A stretch of 64,000 nucleotides of DNA, from the NCBI GenBank assembly GCA_037447605.1, contig CM074805.1, positions 1,335,361 through 1,399,360 on the forward strand, written 5' to 3'. Source of the DNA: Zygnema circumcarinatum SAG 698-1b. Taxonomy: Eukaryota > Plantae > Zygnematophyceae. The position numbers were made by a program, and so were the translations under genes. Position 1 is the first letter of the stretch. Every line of letters begins with the position of its first letter. Shown here one piece after another: positions 12,599 to 24,700 of this stretch. The notes under the pieces are model-generated. The model saw only the letters and a program-made list of their open reading frames with translations, was not told the DNA's origin and made no database searches.

Positions 12599-15500
12599 TC
12601 ATCGCACCAACACTGACGTGAAGCCCTGCAGGAGGCAAAGCAGGAGGAGGGATGTACCGGCTGCCAGCACCCCCCCAGATATGGTCCGAAATAGGCGGGG
12701 AGAGAGGCGAGGGAACGAGAGCGCAAGCAGCGCTTGGCATGCTGCTTCCCCGTCCAAAAAGTACACCTGTCGTGTCCAAAACGTTAAAGAGAAGAAACAC
12801 AAAGTAAAAGTCGAAGTTACACAAAGAAATAAAGTGTTTTCGCATCTCAATTCCCCTTTACTGCCCTCTCTTTTCTCTCCCTCCATCAAGGACGGTTCAA
12901 CGTAGAAGCTTTATACTCCCTAAGGGGCGAGTTGAAACATGATGCTCACCGGTGCCATGTTGATGAGAGCAAGAGCTGCTGACACCTGGCAGGTGTAAAG
13001 CAGCAGCTTTTCGATCAATTGTGGGCCCCACAGGGGAGCTTGGAGCTTCCATCTAAAAAGGACACGTGGCAACTGGAGATGCCGCGGACGATACTCCGTG
13101 AGTTTAGCTGCTTCCATAAGAGAGAATATGTCTCCTCCAAAAACGACAAAGCGCTCACTTCCATGATGTGCGCCTTGACTTCTCTCTGTTCCTTCACGGG
13201 GCAGGAATGCAATTTTGAACAAGAAGGCTCCGCAGGGGAGAACAGGCTCAAGGCAGGTAAAATCCTGCAGGCAAAAACCATTGCTCGGAAAAATCAAATG
13301 GCCATCCACTTTGTGCGACTAAAGCTCACGATTCAACCACAACAGCAACTGTAAGGCAGACAATACTTACCTCTTCACAATAAAAGTCTTCCTTTATCTC
13401 ATTATTCGCTCCTCTCACAACCGCCGCATCGTCCAGTTCGCTCCACCCCCACCCACAATGCTTCAGTTGAACAATATCCCTCGCAGACAAACAAAGGCCG
13501 GCTGCTCTACTGTCGTCGCTTCTGCTCTCGTTCTTGGACCCTTCCAGGCCTCTCCTTCCCTGCCCCTCGTCCTTCAAAAAGGTCGTGGTATCTTCCTCTC
13601 TCTCCCTCACCAAATTATCCCATTCAACGCTTGAGCGACTGCTGTTTACTACTTCCACAAATAGCAGCCTGTCCTGGGGGCATCCTCCTTTCCCTTTCTC
13701 ACCATCAGCCCTCTTCACATCGCTCTCCCTCCCCTCCATGCTCTTCTCCCTGATCTCTGCCTTCTCAGGACTGCCTCCCAAATGCTCATTCTTGATTAGG
13801 GTTTCACTCCGCAATCTTTCCTGAAGCGCTTCTTTCTCCAAAACACTCCCACCTTCCTCCAACTTCCTATCTGAATGTTCCCCAACAAAGGCCTCTTTCA
13901 GCTCCCACATACCCCTTTTGGAAACGCAATAGCCTTGTCCCGTTACCCACTGCCCAGCCGCCACGTGGGGCCTCCCAAGGACGGCCACGTGGCCTCTGGC
14001 CGCGCCTGCTCCTGTCGCGCGCTGACACGTGGAAGGAATGAGCGCGGCGTGCAGGCTCGACTGGCGTAGGAGCTCGTTCCATGTGCGCCGTCCCGTAATT
14101 GGACGGCCGTTTGCAGACGTAAGCATGTCACCGGGGCTGACGTGGCCCTGGAGAGGCGAATACGGCGGTATTGCTGCGACCTGCAGCATGATGACGGTGT
14201 TGCATGTGAAGGAGAGGGAGAGGGAGAGGGAGAGGGAGAGGGAGAGAGAGAAAGGAGAGTTACCATAATGGTGGAACAACAGGAGTAGAACGGTAGGAGC
14301 AGCCTTGGTAGGAGGCCCAATAAGATGGCACAGATGATGCATTGCTGCACCAGTAAACCCTAAAAATCCTCATCAATTCCGCCTACAAAATACCTCGTTA
14401 TCTAACAGAAGAACAAAGAAGCAAGACATAGCTTGTGCCTGTATGGCACCGCGACATCCATTGCCTTATGCCCTCAGATTCAGTAGCTTCAGTGAGCATC
14501 CAAATAATGGCAGCGAGAAGGGCCGGAAATCGCCACGTGTGTACCGCCACATTGTGCCATACTCCGGCGCAGTAGATCTTGAGCGCTCTCCACGGCGGCA
14601 GCAGTTCCATGGCGGCCGAATTCAGTTCTACAAGCGCACCGGGAACGAGCACAACAAAGAACACCGCCACTTTCTCCGTGCGGACACCTTCACTGCAGAG
14701 ACCGATTCACTCATTAGCAACTCCAAAAAGCTTAGTTCCACAGCAGGAAAGGGAACAAAAACAGCGGTATTAGACTCTAGCTATAGGCCAATGGTAGGGC
14801 GCCACCTGGCAGCAGCCAGCGCGTGTCCCGCTTCATGCAGTGCCACGCTGGCAGCTGTCCCCAAGAAGAGGAAGCCCAGGTCGGCCAATGGCAGGTTGAC
14901 ACCTGGCACCTGCGCGCCCCCTCTGCTGCAGCTGAAGGCCCGGCAAGATCCGAAAGTTTTCGGGCCGGGCAGGGCAGGGCCGGAAAGGAGGAAAGGGCTG
15001 CGCAGCCCCATTGGGGTTCAGCTGAAGCGAGAGGGAGAGAGGGAGAGAGGGAGAGAGGGAGAGAGGGAGAGAGGGAGAGGGAGAGAGGGAGGAGGGAGAG
15101 AGGGAGAGGAGAGAGGGAGAGAGGGAGAGGGAGAGAGGGAGAGAGGGAGAGAGGAGAGAGGGAGAGAGGGAGAGGGAGAGAGGAGAGAGGGAGAGGGGAG
15201 CAGCTTCAGGGAGCAGCGTGAGGGAGAGAGGGCCCATACTGCCCCGCCTGCATGCATGTCTAAAGCGCGATGTTCGACTGGCGAGAGTCTTGGGAGGAGT
15301 CACGGGCATAGGGAGGGAGGGAGGGAGGGAGGGAGGGAGTGAAAGTAGCATTGCTTTCAGACATTCTATCCTCAACCCTCCCGCCTTCCGCCCTCTCTAG
15401 CTCCACTGCATTTTGGTGCGTACGGAGTATGGAGCTAACTGCATTCATGCTACTATCTTTTGTCATTTAGAAAGGATTGCATCTTGAAGGTAGTACACAA

Positions 15501-18274
15501 TCTGTCCATACGTGTTGCAAACTATGCATTGGGTGCAGGTCATCCATCATTAGCGGGAGGCGCACCACCGGAGTAATGATTCGACGGGAAGGAGAGGATG
15601 CATGGAACCCCGAACTCTTCCGCGATGAGGGCAACGGAACGAACCCAAGAGACGCATCCCAAATCAAAACCTGCACACTTCCACCGGCGGTTTTCAATGA
15701 CAAAGAACAAGAGAAATCCAATGCAAAAAAAAGGTCTAAAATTCTAGAAATGCTATCAAAGTTTTGAATGTTTTGAAAGTTTTTGAACATGCAAACTCAC
15801 CAGCATTGCGAAAATGATGCCCAACACTCCAACTACAGCGCCCAAACTGAACCAGAGCCGCAAAAACCTGCACACCAATCGCCATACAACAATTCGCCGG
15901 TTTGTAAACTACAAATAAAAATTGAAGTTGAAAGAACCCCCTACCGGATCACATTAGGTCAAAGGGCTCATAAGGTTTATGTTTGCTAATGATGAACCCT
16001 AATCTTGTGCCGGAGTTGAAGTCAAAGAAGTGCACAGAAAATACGTAAGCAGTCCTAAAATACCGAGTGTGCAAAAGCATGGGAAGAAAAAATATGTACA
16101 TTTCCGAAAAAGTGCAGGGTTCAGGTTTAGGGCTTAGGGTCTAGGGGATTGCCACAACAATTGTAGGAATGTATCCAGGATTGTACCGCAGTGTATCACG
16201 TGTGGTAAGGGTACAATTGGAACGCAAAGGTACGGGTGAGCATGAGGGTGCCTTCCAAAGCTGCAGGCAGCTAACTTTCAGTTGGAGGATTACATCGTCG
16301 AAGAATTCTGCCCTGCCTTCGATCATTGCCTTCGGATGCACGCATGGGTAGATTTGGACCACATCATCATCGAGAACTTGGAAGATTCGGGACTGTGCAC
16401 GAAAAATGACGTGGGCGTGTTGGAGTATGCACAAATAGAAACTAATTGATAACGATCACGAATGTCTACGAACGTTCCTTGTCTCTCAACGTAGCATGGC
16501 CCTCGGTCGACATAGGGCCACCATGCCTATCCTTCAGAATGTGGCTCAAATGGGCGCCAATACCCTTTTGCAAACACACGCACCCTCAACTCCCCCATCT
16601 CTATCTGTGCATACTCCAACACACCTATGTCATTCTTCGTGCACACTCTCGGATTTTCAAGGTTCTTAATGATGATGTAATTTAAATCTACCCATGCGTG
16701 CGTCCGAAGGCAATGATAAAATGCAACATAAAACTCCTCGTCAATGCAATTCTCCAACTGAAAGTTGGCAGGCTGGAGGGCACCATCCTGCTCGGGTGAC
16801 CCACGGTCCTCACCCACACCTTTGCGTTCCAATTGTACCCTTATCACACGTGGTACACTGCGGTGCAATCCCTGGGTACTAACAATTCCCCTATGCACCA
16901 AAATGCTATCAGATTCTGTACTCTGAGTCTCTCCTCCGTCTCCTAAGGTTTAGGGTTCGGGGTTAGGGTTAAAGGTCTAGCAGTTCAGCAGTTAGGGTTT
17001 AGGGCTAGGCATAGGGTTGGGTTCAGGGTTTAAGAATTTAGGGTTTCTGGTTTAAGGTTAACAGTTTATGATTCAGGGCTCAAGTTCACAGTTAGGGTTT
17101 CAGGTTTAGGTCGAGGGTTGACAACTGGAGGTTCAGGGTTTAGGGTTTAGGGTTCAGGGTTTGAGGTTCAGAGTTCAGGGTTTAAGGTTCAGGGTTCAGG
17201 GTTTAAGGTTCAGGGTTCAGGTTTCAGGGTTTAGGGTTCAGGGTTTAAGGTTTAGGGTTCAGGGATTAGGGTTTAGGGTTTAGGGTTCAGGGTTTAAGGT
17301 TTCGGGTTCAGGGTTTAGGCTTAGGATTCAGTTGAGGATTTCAGGTTAACGGTTTGGGTTTAGGGGTTAGGGTCAGGGTTTAGGGTTGAGGGTCAGTTTT
17401 CAAGAATCAGTGTTTAGGGTTTGGAGGTTTCGGGTTTAACGTTTGGGGTTCAAAACTTTGAAGAGTTCGGGTTCACTGTTTACGGTTTAGGATCTGCGAT
17501 TATGGCTTCGGGTTTTCAGGGTTTAGGGTTAGGGTTAAGTGTGTAGGGTCAGGGTTAGGGTCTAGGCTTTCAAGCTTTAGTTTGTTAGAGTAGGGTTCAG
17601 AATTCAGGGTTTAAGGTTTGGGGTTTAAGGTTCAGGATTCAGAATTTTGGGCTTAGGGTAGGTCTTACGATTTAGGGTTTAAGGTTTACCCCTCTTCCCT
17701 CTACATTTTCCTCGGAACCCTAAAATCCGTTTCTCCATTTACTAGCAGGGAGGCCCTCCCCTCCCTCCGTCCCTCCCTCCCTCCCCCTCCTCCTCCCACC
17801 CCCCTCCTCTTCTGCCTCTCTCCCTCCCTCCCACTCCCCTCCTCCCCTCCCTCCCTCCCTCCCTCCCTCCCGCTCATCCTCCCACCCCCCTCCTCCCCTC
17901 CTTCCCTCCCTCCCTCCCTCCCGCTCCTCCTCCCACCCCGAATCTCCTCTGCCTCTCTCCCTCCCTCCCACTCGTCCTCCCACCCCCCTCCTCTTCTGCC
18001 TCTCTCCCTCACTCCCTCTCCTCCGCCCACCACCCTCCTCATCTGCCTCTCTCCCTCCCTCCCGCTCCTCCTCCGACCCCCCTCTTCCTCTCCCTCCCTC
18101 CCGCCTCCTCCCTGACCTGCCATGTCTGCGCCCCGCCGCGAAGAGCACGCCGTTCAGAGCGGTGGTCTCGGCCGCGAGGGTGCATCCCCCGCCCGCGCAT
18201 CCTCGCGCCCTCCTGGGAGGCGCCGCGGTCGGCCGAGACAGCTGGCGCAACCTCGAGCCGCCACGTGGACCCAT
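12599..18274 (-). CDS. S2P: Site-2 protease (peptidase M50, MBTPS2 type); exons 18274-18117, 15867-15801, 15670-15566, 14909-14806, 14692-14545, 14344-14264, 14180-13371, 13264-12950, 12766-12599
   Basis: ALNGVLFAAGRRHG/RFLRLWFSLG, PGVNLP, HEAGH (HExxH), SEG, LKIYCAGVWHN, PDZ-like SPLQGHVSPGDMLTSANG, and INMAP/VYFLDG with the third zinc ligand. All junctions are in frame. The start ATG is inferred. Confidence 0.93.
15020..15339. repeat. GA-rich simple repeat (GAGAGG/GGGA)n in S2P intron 3; a similar tract at 14210-14258
   Basis: Visible directly; reads CT-rich on the S2P sense strand. Confidence 0.95.
16149..16907. pseudogene. Two decayed copies of an unidentified coding fragment in inverted (tail-to-tail) orientation inside S2P intron 1
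   Basis: 16267-16440 (+) and 16772-16599 (-) encode 58-aa segments with 42 identities and many synonymous differences; nucleotide homology extends to ~16168 and ~16875. Confidence 0.8.
16944..17688 (+). repeat. Interstitial degenerate telomere-like array (TTTAGGG/TTCAGGG/TTTAAGG)
   Basis: About 745 bp of 7-mer variants, G-rich on +, most regular at ~17135-17320; a short 4-5 unit copy at ~16115-16148. Confidence 0.93.
17755..18116. repeat. CT-rich (CCCT/CCT)n tract at the 5' end of S2P intron 1
   Basis: Visible directly; reads as GGGA/GGA runs on the S2P pre-mRNA right after the donor. Confidence 0.95.
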
Positions 18275-18717
18275 CTCATGCTCGCCCGGAAGCCACGTGT
18301 CCGATCCCACCCGGATAGAGCGCCACGTGGCAGAAGACTGGGGGCACCTGTTCCATGTGCCGCGCGTTAGATCAAGTTTTACGGGACTGTAGCACGTAAC
18401 GTGGAGCGACATAGAAAGAAGTCCACTTTTTCTGTTCAACTTGTATCAAATGATCAATGCGGATCCGAACTTGGACGTTGCTCGCCTGTTGTGGACCCGG
18501 CAGAAAGGGTTAACTCTCGAGGCCGCCTCTTGGACGAGCGCTCGCTCACTTGAACTCGTCGCTGAAGCCGTTGCGGGGTAGTGGCTGTCCCGGGAGGGGG
18601 TGAGGGAGGGAGAGGGAAGGGAGAGAGGGCCCGTATTGCTCCATCCCTTTATCTCTCTCTTTCTCGCAATTTTTTTTTCGCTTTCTCTCTCCCGCTCTCG
18701 TTTTTCTTCTGTCGAAA
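18255..18717. promoter_or_regulatory. Bidirectional S2P/NOT3 promoter region with G-box cluster
   Basis: ATGs 444 bp apart head-to-head; GCCACGTG at ~18260, ~18292 and 18322. Confidence 0.65.
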
Positions 18718-21700
18718 ATGGGTGCCACAAGGAAATTGCAAGGCGAGATTGACCGAGTGTTGAAGAAGGTTCAGGAGGGGGTGGAGGTGTTCGATGGCAT
18801 CTGGAATAAGGTAATTTTGTTCTTTCTGCGCCTCGCATACTCTTCCTTATCGCCAGTTGTTATCTGCCCATCGGAGGAGGTCCAATTCCGGTGCTGCCAT
18901 CAACACGCTTTCTTCCCTATCCTTAGTGAACTAGCTTGACCTAAGTTTAATCTTTCCTTCAGCTGCCATCTGTTCCTTCCGTATTTTATTCCTTAGGCAA
19001 TTCCTTATTCTGGATGGAGGGTAGCAATTTAATAGCAGGGACTACACACGCTTACCACACTCAGCTATGTAGTTTTTCAACTTATTTAATGCACTTATTG
19101 AAACTTAATGATAAGCAGCTTTGTAGGGGTTTTGTTACGACTGTGTTTTCGCTGAAAAATTATGAATGGAATATACGTAATTTAGGTTTCCAAACTTAAT
19201 ACACATTCTCCTGAATAGTTCCTGCTGGTCTAAGACAGTGCGTTAACACTAGAATATACTGAAGAAAAGCAAAACCTTTTTTGGCATTCTGTGTATACAT
19301 TGAATAAGCTGAGATGATGCAAGGATCAACTGCGGGAGTCACATTTTTAACATGCACATAGAATTCAAGAGCTCTCCGGCACTAACTGGGGCAATGAAAT
19401 TCGTTTCGCAACACTTGAGCGTCGTTGGTTTCTCAGTGCAGCCAAAACCTCGTGGGACCGTGGGACTAATTTTGTTTGAAAGCAGTGATAAGCGCGACGT
19501 CGAGTTGATTGGCTGACTTTCTGCACACCGTAAATGCACAGGTGTACGACACAGAGAGCGCCAACCAGAAAGAAAAGTTCGAGGCTGACTTGAAAAAAGA
19601 AATCAAGAAACTTCAACGGTATCGTGATCAGATTAAGACATGGATACAGTCGAGCGAGATCAAGGACAAAAAGGTTTGTCGATCTGGCAAAGTGATTGAC
19701 ACATTTTTCTTGGAATTTGCTTCCACAACAGTTTATAGAATTTGACGTCGCCAGAGCTGAAGATGATTGCATGGAGTGTTAGGTATGGGCTTTATTACGG
19801 CTGGGTTAGGGGAACATCTTGTTCGGTACATTTTGAAACTCTGGATGCATTGAAAGCAACTTTTGTAGACGTTGCATGCACTTCACTTTGGAGTCAAGAT
19901 GCCTTGTGGGGCCTGCATCCTTTATTTTCAAGGTGATCTAGTGTTGATACGGGCATGTGCAATATTATGATACACCTTGGGTCTAGATGTTTTTAAGTAG
20001 ACCTCTATAGGGGACATTGGCAACGGTTCACACTCTTGCCTTCCCCAATTAGCAGCTTGGTTATGCACAAGCATTCAATATTTTTGCGGTTCCTATATGG
20101 CCCACACTTTATTAAGTCTTTGCCGTTTGTCTGTCTTTCTAGATGCATCAGTCAAGGTTTGTTGTGAATGAATTTTCTCGATTCATCATAGCAGGGCCAC
20201 ATGTCTGATTAACTTATTCCAAATGTGGACGACAGGCACTTATTGACGCAAGAAAATTGATAGAGCGCGAGATGGAACGATTCAAAGTTTGCGAAAAAGA
20301 AACAAAAACTAAAGCCTTTTCTAAAGAAGGGCTTGGACAGCAACCGAAAACAGTAGGTCTTTCTTTTTCTTGATTTCTGTATGCCTAGGCTTGTGAAGCT
20401 TTATGAGCACAAGCACATTCGTGACGAGCATTCAAGCTGAGTAATATCTGAAGGGTTTCTATTAAATGAAGTAACAGCCTGCTTTTATTGAGTCAGTGGA
20501 GGCAGAGTTGCCACAGAGAGAGAGCGAGAGACAAGGGAAGTGAGAGAGAGGCAGAGAAGAGAGAGGAAAATGGGGATGTACGGGAAGGGGCTGGTAGGAG
20601 GGAACACAGGTGTGAGGGTTCAGGGAGGCAGAAAGAGCCGTGAGGGAGGAGGGAGAAGTAACGTGATATAGGAGTGCTTGCTGTTTAAATGTGGACATAT
20701 GTTGTTGGGCTACGGATGCAGGATCCGAGAGAGAAGGCGAAAGGGGAGACGAGAGATTGGCTGAACAACATGGTGAGCATCCAAGCCTTAATTTTGTTCC
20801 TTTGTTCTTCTCTAACCTGTCAAGCTCCTGTATTTTGTTTGACCTCATGTGTCCATGTCGGTTGGTCTGTTTGGCACAAGAATTTAGCAAACTTTTGCGT
20901 TCCTAACATATTATTCAGCTGAACATATGTACAAAAGGATAAAGTGCAACATATGCAGAAATGGAGAGGGGTGGCCTGTATTGTAGGTGAGTGAACTTGA
21001 GTCGCAAATCGACTCGTTCGAAAGTGAAATGGAAGGACTTCAAGTCAAGAAGGGGAAGCAAAGGCCCCCTCGTTTGGTAGGCTCCCTTCAACTGCTTGCA
21101 TGTACTTTGCTTATATTTCATGAACGACTCAAATCGTTTCACCAGCAATAAGGCACTTGCAGAAGAAGGGAAGGAGAAAAAGAAAAGAAAAAAGTTGAAA
21201 GCTGCCCTTGTCTATAACTGGCCTGCAGGGGCAGTCTAGGTTTGCATTTCTCCCTTAAGAAACTTTACCAAGAAGCTAACTACCTTTATCCTTACAGACA
21301 CATTTGGAAGAGTCGATTGTGCGGCATAAAGCACATATCATAAAACTGGAGATGGTGCTGCGACTACTGGATAATGATGAACTGTCTCCTGAGCAAGTGG
21401 GAGATATTCGGGATCTTATTGAAGATTACATCATGCGAAATCAGGTGCACCTTTTGTTCTCTCGATTCTCATACCATATGAGTTCAAGAAAAATCCCGCT
21501 GGGTGAATATGCTTTCTTTATTGCCCTGAATAAGTGATGGGGACCAAGACAAAGCCCTGATAAACGGAATCTGACTTTTTCTTTTTTTGCTATGGAGCAG
21601 GACGACTTTGAGGAATTCGAAGATGTGGATAATCTATACGAGTCTCTCCCAATGGAGAAGCTGGAGGCACTGGAGAGCATGGAGACAGTACCCTCTGCAC

Positions 21701-24700
21701 TGCCTGTTGTGGTCAGTAAGGAGAAGGTATCTTCTTGTGTAAACAAGAACATTACTTCGCTCCGCCCTCCTTTCCACCTTCAAGTTCAATCCATCAATGC
21801 ATCATGGAAGGAGTTTCTTTGTCCGAAGCAGACTTGTTCGTTAGGTTTGTCCCATGCATTTCTGTGCTTAGTCATTAGTGGGCATGGCTCCCTTCGATTT
21901 CACCGTGTTCAGATAGCTTTAAGAACACATTCCCACTTATTCATTTTAACGTTCCATGTGAATGTGAATTTTTGTATGGCTTGCAGGGAGCTGTTGTTCC
22001 CCCTGTCCCTCCTCTTGCAGGAGCAGTTGCAGCTGCAAGTGTTAAGCCGCCGCTGCCCCCCCCTCTTGTTGCCTCCCCAGCGGTCAGTATATGGCTCTTC
22101 CTTTGCACCCCTTGCTTGTGTAAGTAAGCACAGCAGCTGGAAGCTATTGATGGGTGAGATGGTGGGCATTTCAAGCGAGCAACTCCTGGTAGTGGCAATT
22201 TCGTTCCTTTCGTGCTTACATAGATAGCCATCTCTTTCTCATCATTCATCGAAGCACTGAGCCATGTCTTGCTTCTCCCTTCTTTCTCCTTCTTCTTCGC
22301 TTTTCATTATTCAGACCCTAGATACCTCGGAACAACTTCGGTCCTTGCAGGCTTCAGTAACACCATCTGCCACCCCTGCTGTAAGCTCATCTGCAGCAAC
22401 CGATAGTGCAGAGGAGAGCAGTGCTCCCTCTGCCCCAGATTCTGCAGAAGAGGGAGGAGTCTCCCTCCCACAACCTACCCCTCCTCCTCCAAAGACCCCT
22501 CCTCCCCATTCTAGAGGAAGTCTCGCAGGTCCACCACCCGGACTTGGGATTTCCGTCCCTCCAAAAGCTGCCACTTCTCGAACAAGTAGTGGGTCTCCAG
22601 CACCTCCTCTCAGTGGGGGAGGAGGAGGCCCTGCAAGAGCAAAGGAGGAGGAGGCTTCTCCTTTAGGCAGCCCTTTAGCTGCTGCAAGGGGGGTGGGTAA
22701 TGCAGCCATGAGTGAGGTGAGCTCAGGGAGAGCATTGGGAGGTCTCTCTCCCGTATCCCTTGGAAGGGGTCTGCCATCTCAACCCCCCAATCTGCAGCTT
22801 GCAGCAACTGTTGGATCAAGCAGTCAACCGTTGGCTGAACCGGCTGGGAGGTCGGTTCAGACGCGTATGGAGGGAGGGCTGGGAAGTGGACCTGCAGCAG
22901 CTGTTGGGAGCACCACGGTGGGAGGGGGAGGGGGGGCTCCTATTGGAGCTTCGGCTGTGGGAGTACCCAGTGAAGAGCTCTCCGCATTGCATATTGGAGG
23001 AGGAGGAGGAGGAGGAGGGACGGGAAGCTCGCAACTTGGAACATATTCTGCAATTAGAAGCTTTGTGGGGAAGGCTGTGGAAGGTGGAAGTAGTGGGGGG
23101 TCGGGAGAAGTTTCTAGTGTTATGGGGGTTGGTCTTGGATTAGGGTTAGGGACGGAAGGGGGAGCACTTGGTGCAGCACAACAAAGGATGTTCAATTCTG
23201 TTGGAGCACAGTGGAGACCGGGGCTGCCGAGTTCAGCTGTGTTTCAGAATCAAACGGAAGGGGTGAGAATCTCAGTTTCTGTGTTGAATTCCAAGCTAGT
23301 TCTGAGTTTCTGAGGATGTATTCCTACAAAAGATTTCGCAAAACTCTAGAGAACAACTTCCTCTGATATGTATCTCATGGTCTGCTTCTGAAATATCTCG
23401 ATCTTCCTCCTTTCCTCCTTTCCTCCTTTTCTCCTTTTCTTCTCTCCACTCTTCTCCTCTACTTAATATTGAGGAGCGTTCGTTGGGTGTGTGTCAGACC
23501 ACACAGTTTCACCCCCGTTCAGAAATCTCCCCCGACCAGAAGCAGCGGTACATCTCCCGCTTTCAGCAAGTGCAGCAGCAGGGAGTGAGTGCCACTGTAA
23601 TGGGAGCTTCAGGGTTGGGAGTGGGCCAAATGCCACCTCATCCGTCCGTACAGCCCTCTACAGCAGCAGGGCAGCAGGCTCAGCAGCCGGTAAGTGGGGT
23701 ATGGGACTTGGGGACTATGACATTTCACAAAGGAAGAGCTTACAGTGGGGGAATCGCAAGCCCTTCCTTTCTTCGTCATATCATAGTTGCAGACAAACCT
23801 ATGCTCATGCTATTTACTTCAGCCCGAAGGAAGGGAATGGAATTTGATCCCTCCTCGTGTTACTGTATTCGTATGCAGGCCCTCTTGCAGCCGCCTGCAA
23901 GTGTGCCTCTACCTCAGCCTGCAGTACAACAGGGGACAAGTGGTTCACAAGCTCAGCCGCAACTGAGTGTATCTGCAACCCTAAATCAGCAGCAACAGCA
24001 GCAACCTGCAGAGGAGACCTCGTATCAACTGCCAACAGCGGGAGAGGGAGCATCTGTTCTCTCACAAGCAGGTGGGAGAACTGCAGGCAGTATGACGGAG
24101 CGTATTCTACTTAACTCTATGGAGCTTTCTAGAATGGTGCCAACATGAAGTCCATTTATTCTTCCTGCAGTCTGAAATAGAACTTACCTTTGAAGTTTTG
24201 AACCCTTCGCAACGCAAAATGCCTAAGTTTGTATTCTACTCTGTGATTTGTAAATTTGTGTGACAGATGGACGGAAGACCCCGCCTGCTTCTGCGGGACC
24301 GTTGCAGCTGCCACCTCAGCAACCTCAAGATGTTCTTTCTCCCCTTTCTGCTGTTCCATTAGCGGAGGTTTTGGCAGAAGCAGAAAGTGGACCTGCAGAG
24401 GGGGCAATTTCAAGTGCAGTCGGCACAGGGTCGTCATTTTCTCGAAGTGTGGGCGGCAGTGTGAACGAGGAGGAGGTCAAACATTCAGGAGGGGTCGATG
24501 GGCCGGTGCAGACTGAGACACTTCACGCAGGATTGGTAAGCTGGGGGGGATCATCAATGTTGTTGAACAAAATGCGGCTTCTGTGGGTAGGGGAGGGAGG
24601 GAGGAGAGGGGAGAGGTCGAGATTCATAACCTGATTCGACATGAGATGACAACTGATGGATGAAAAGTTGAAAGTTACGACGATGTTTGTAGCGTATTTA

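Noticed and set aside
14443-15375. Long ORFs (299, 180 and 132 aa) over the GA tract
   Set aside because: They result from stop-free GA/CT repeats in S2P introns; the products are RE/SLSP low complexity.
16944-17688. Array read as a true chromosome end
   Set aside because: It is degenerate, flanked by genes on both sides, and inside an in-frame intron.
17701-18439. 239-aa and 140-aa G/E/R-rich ORFs
   Set aside because: Only 18274-18117 is S2P exon 1; the rest is intronic repeat or promoter.
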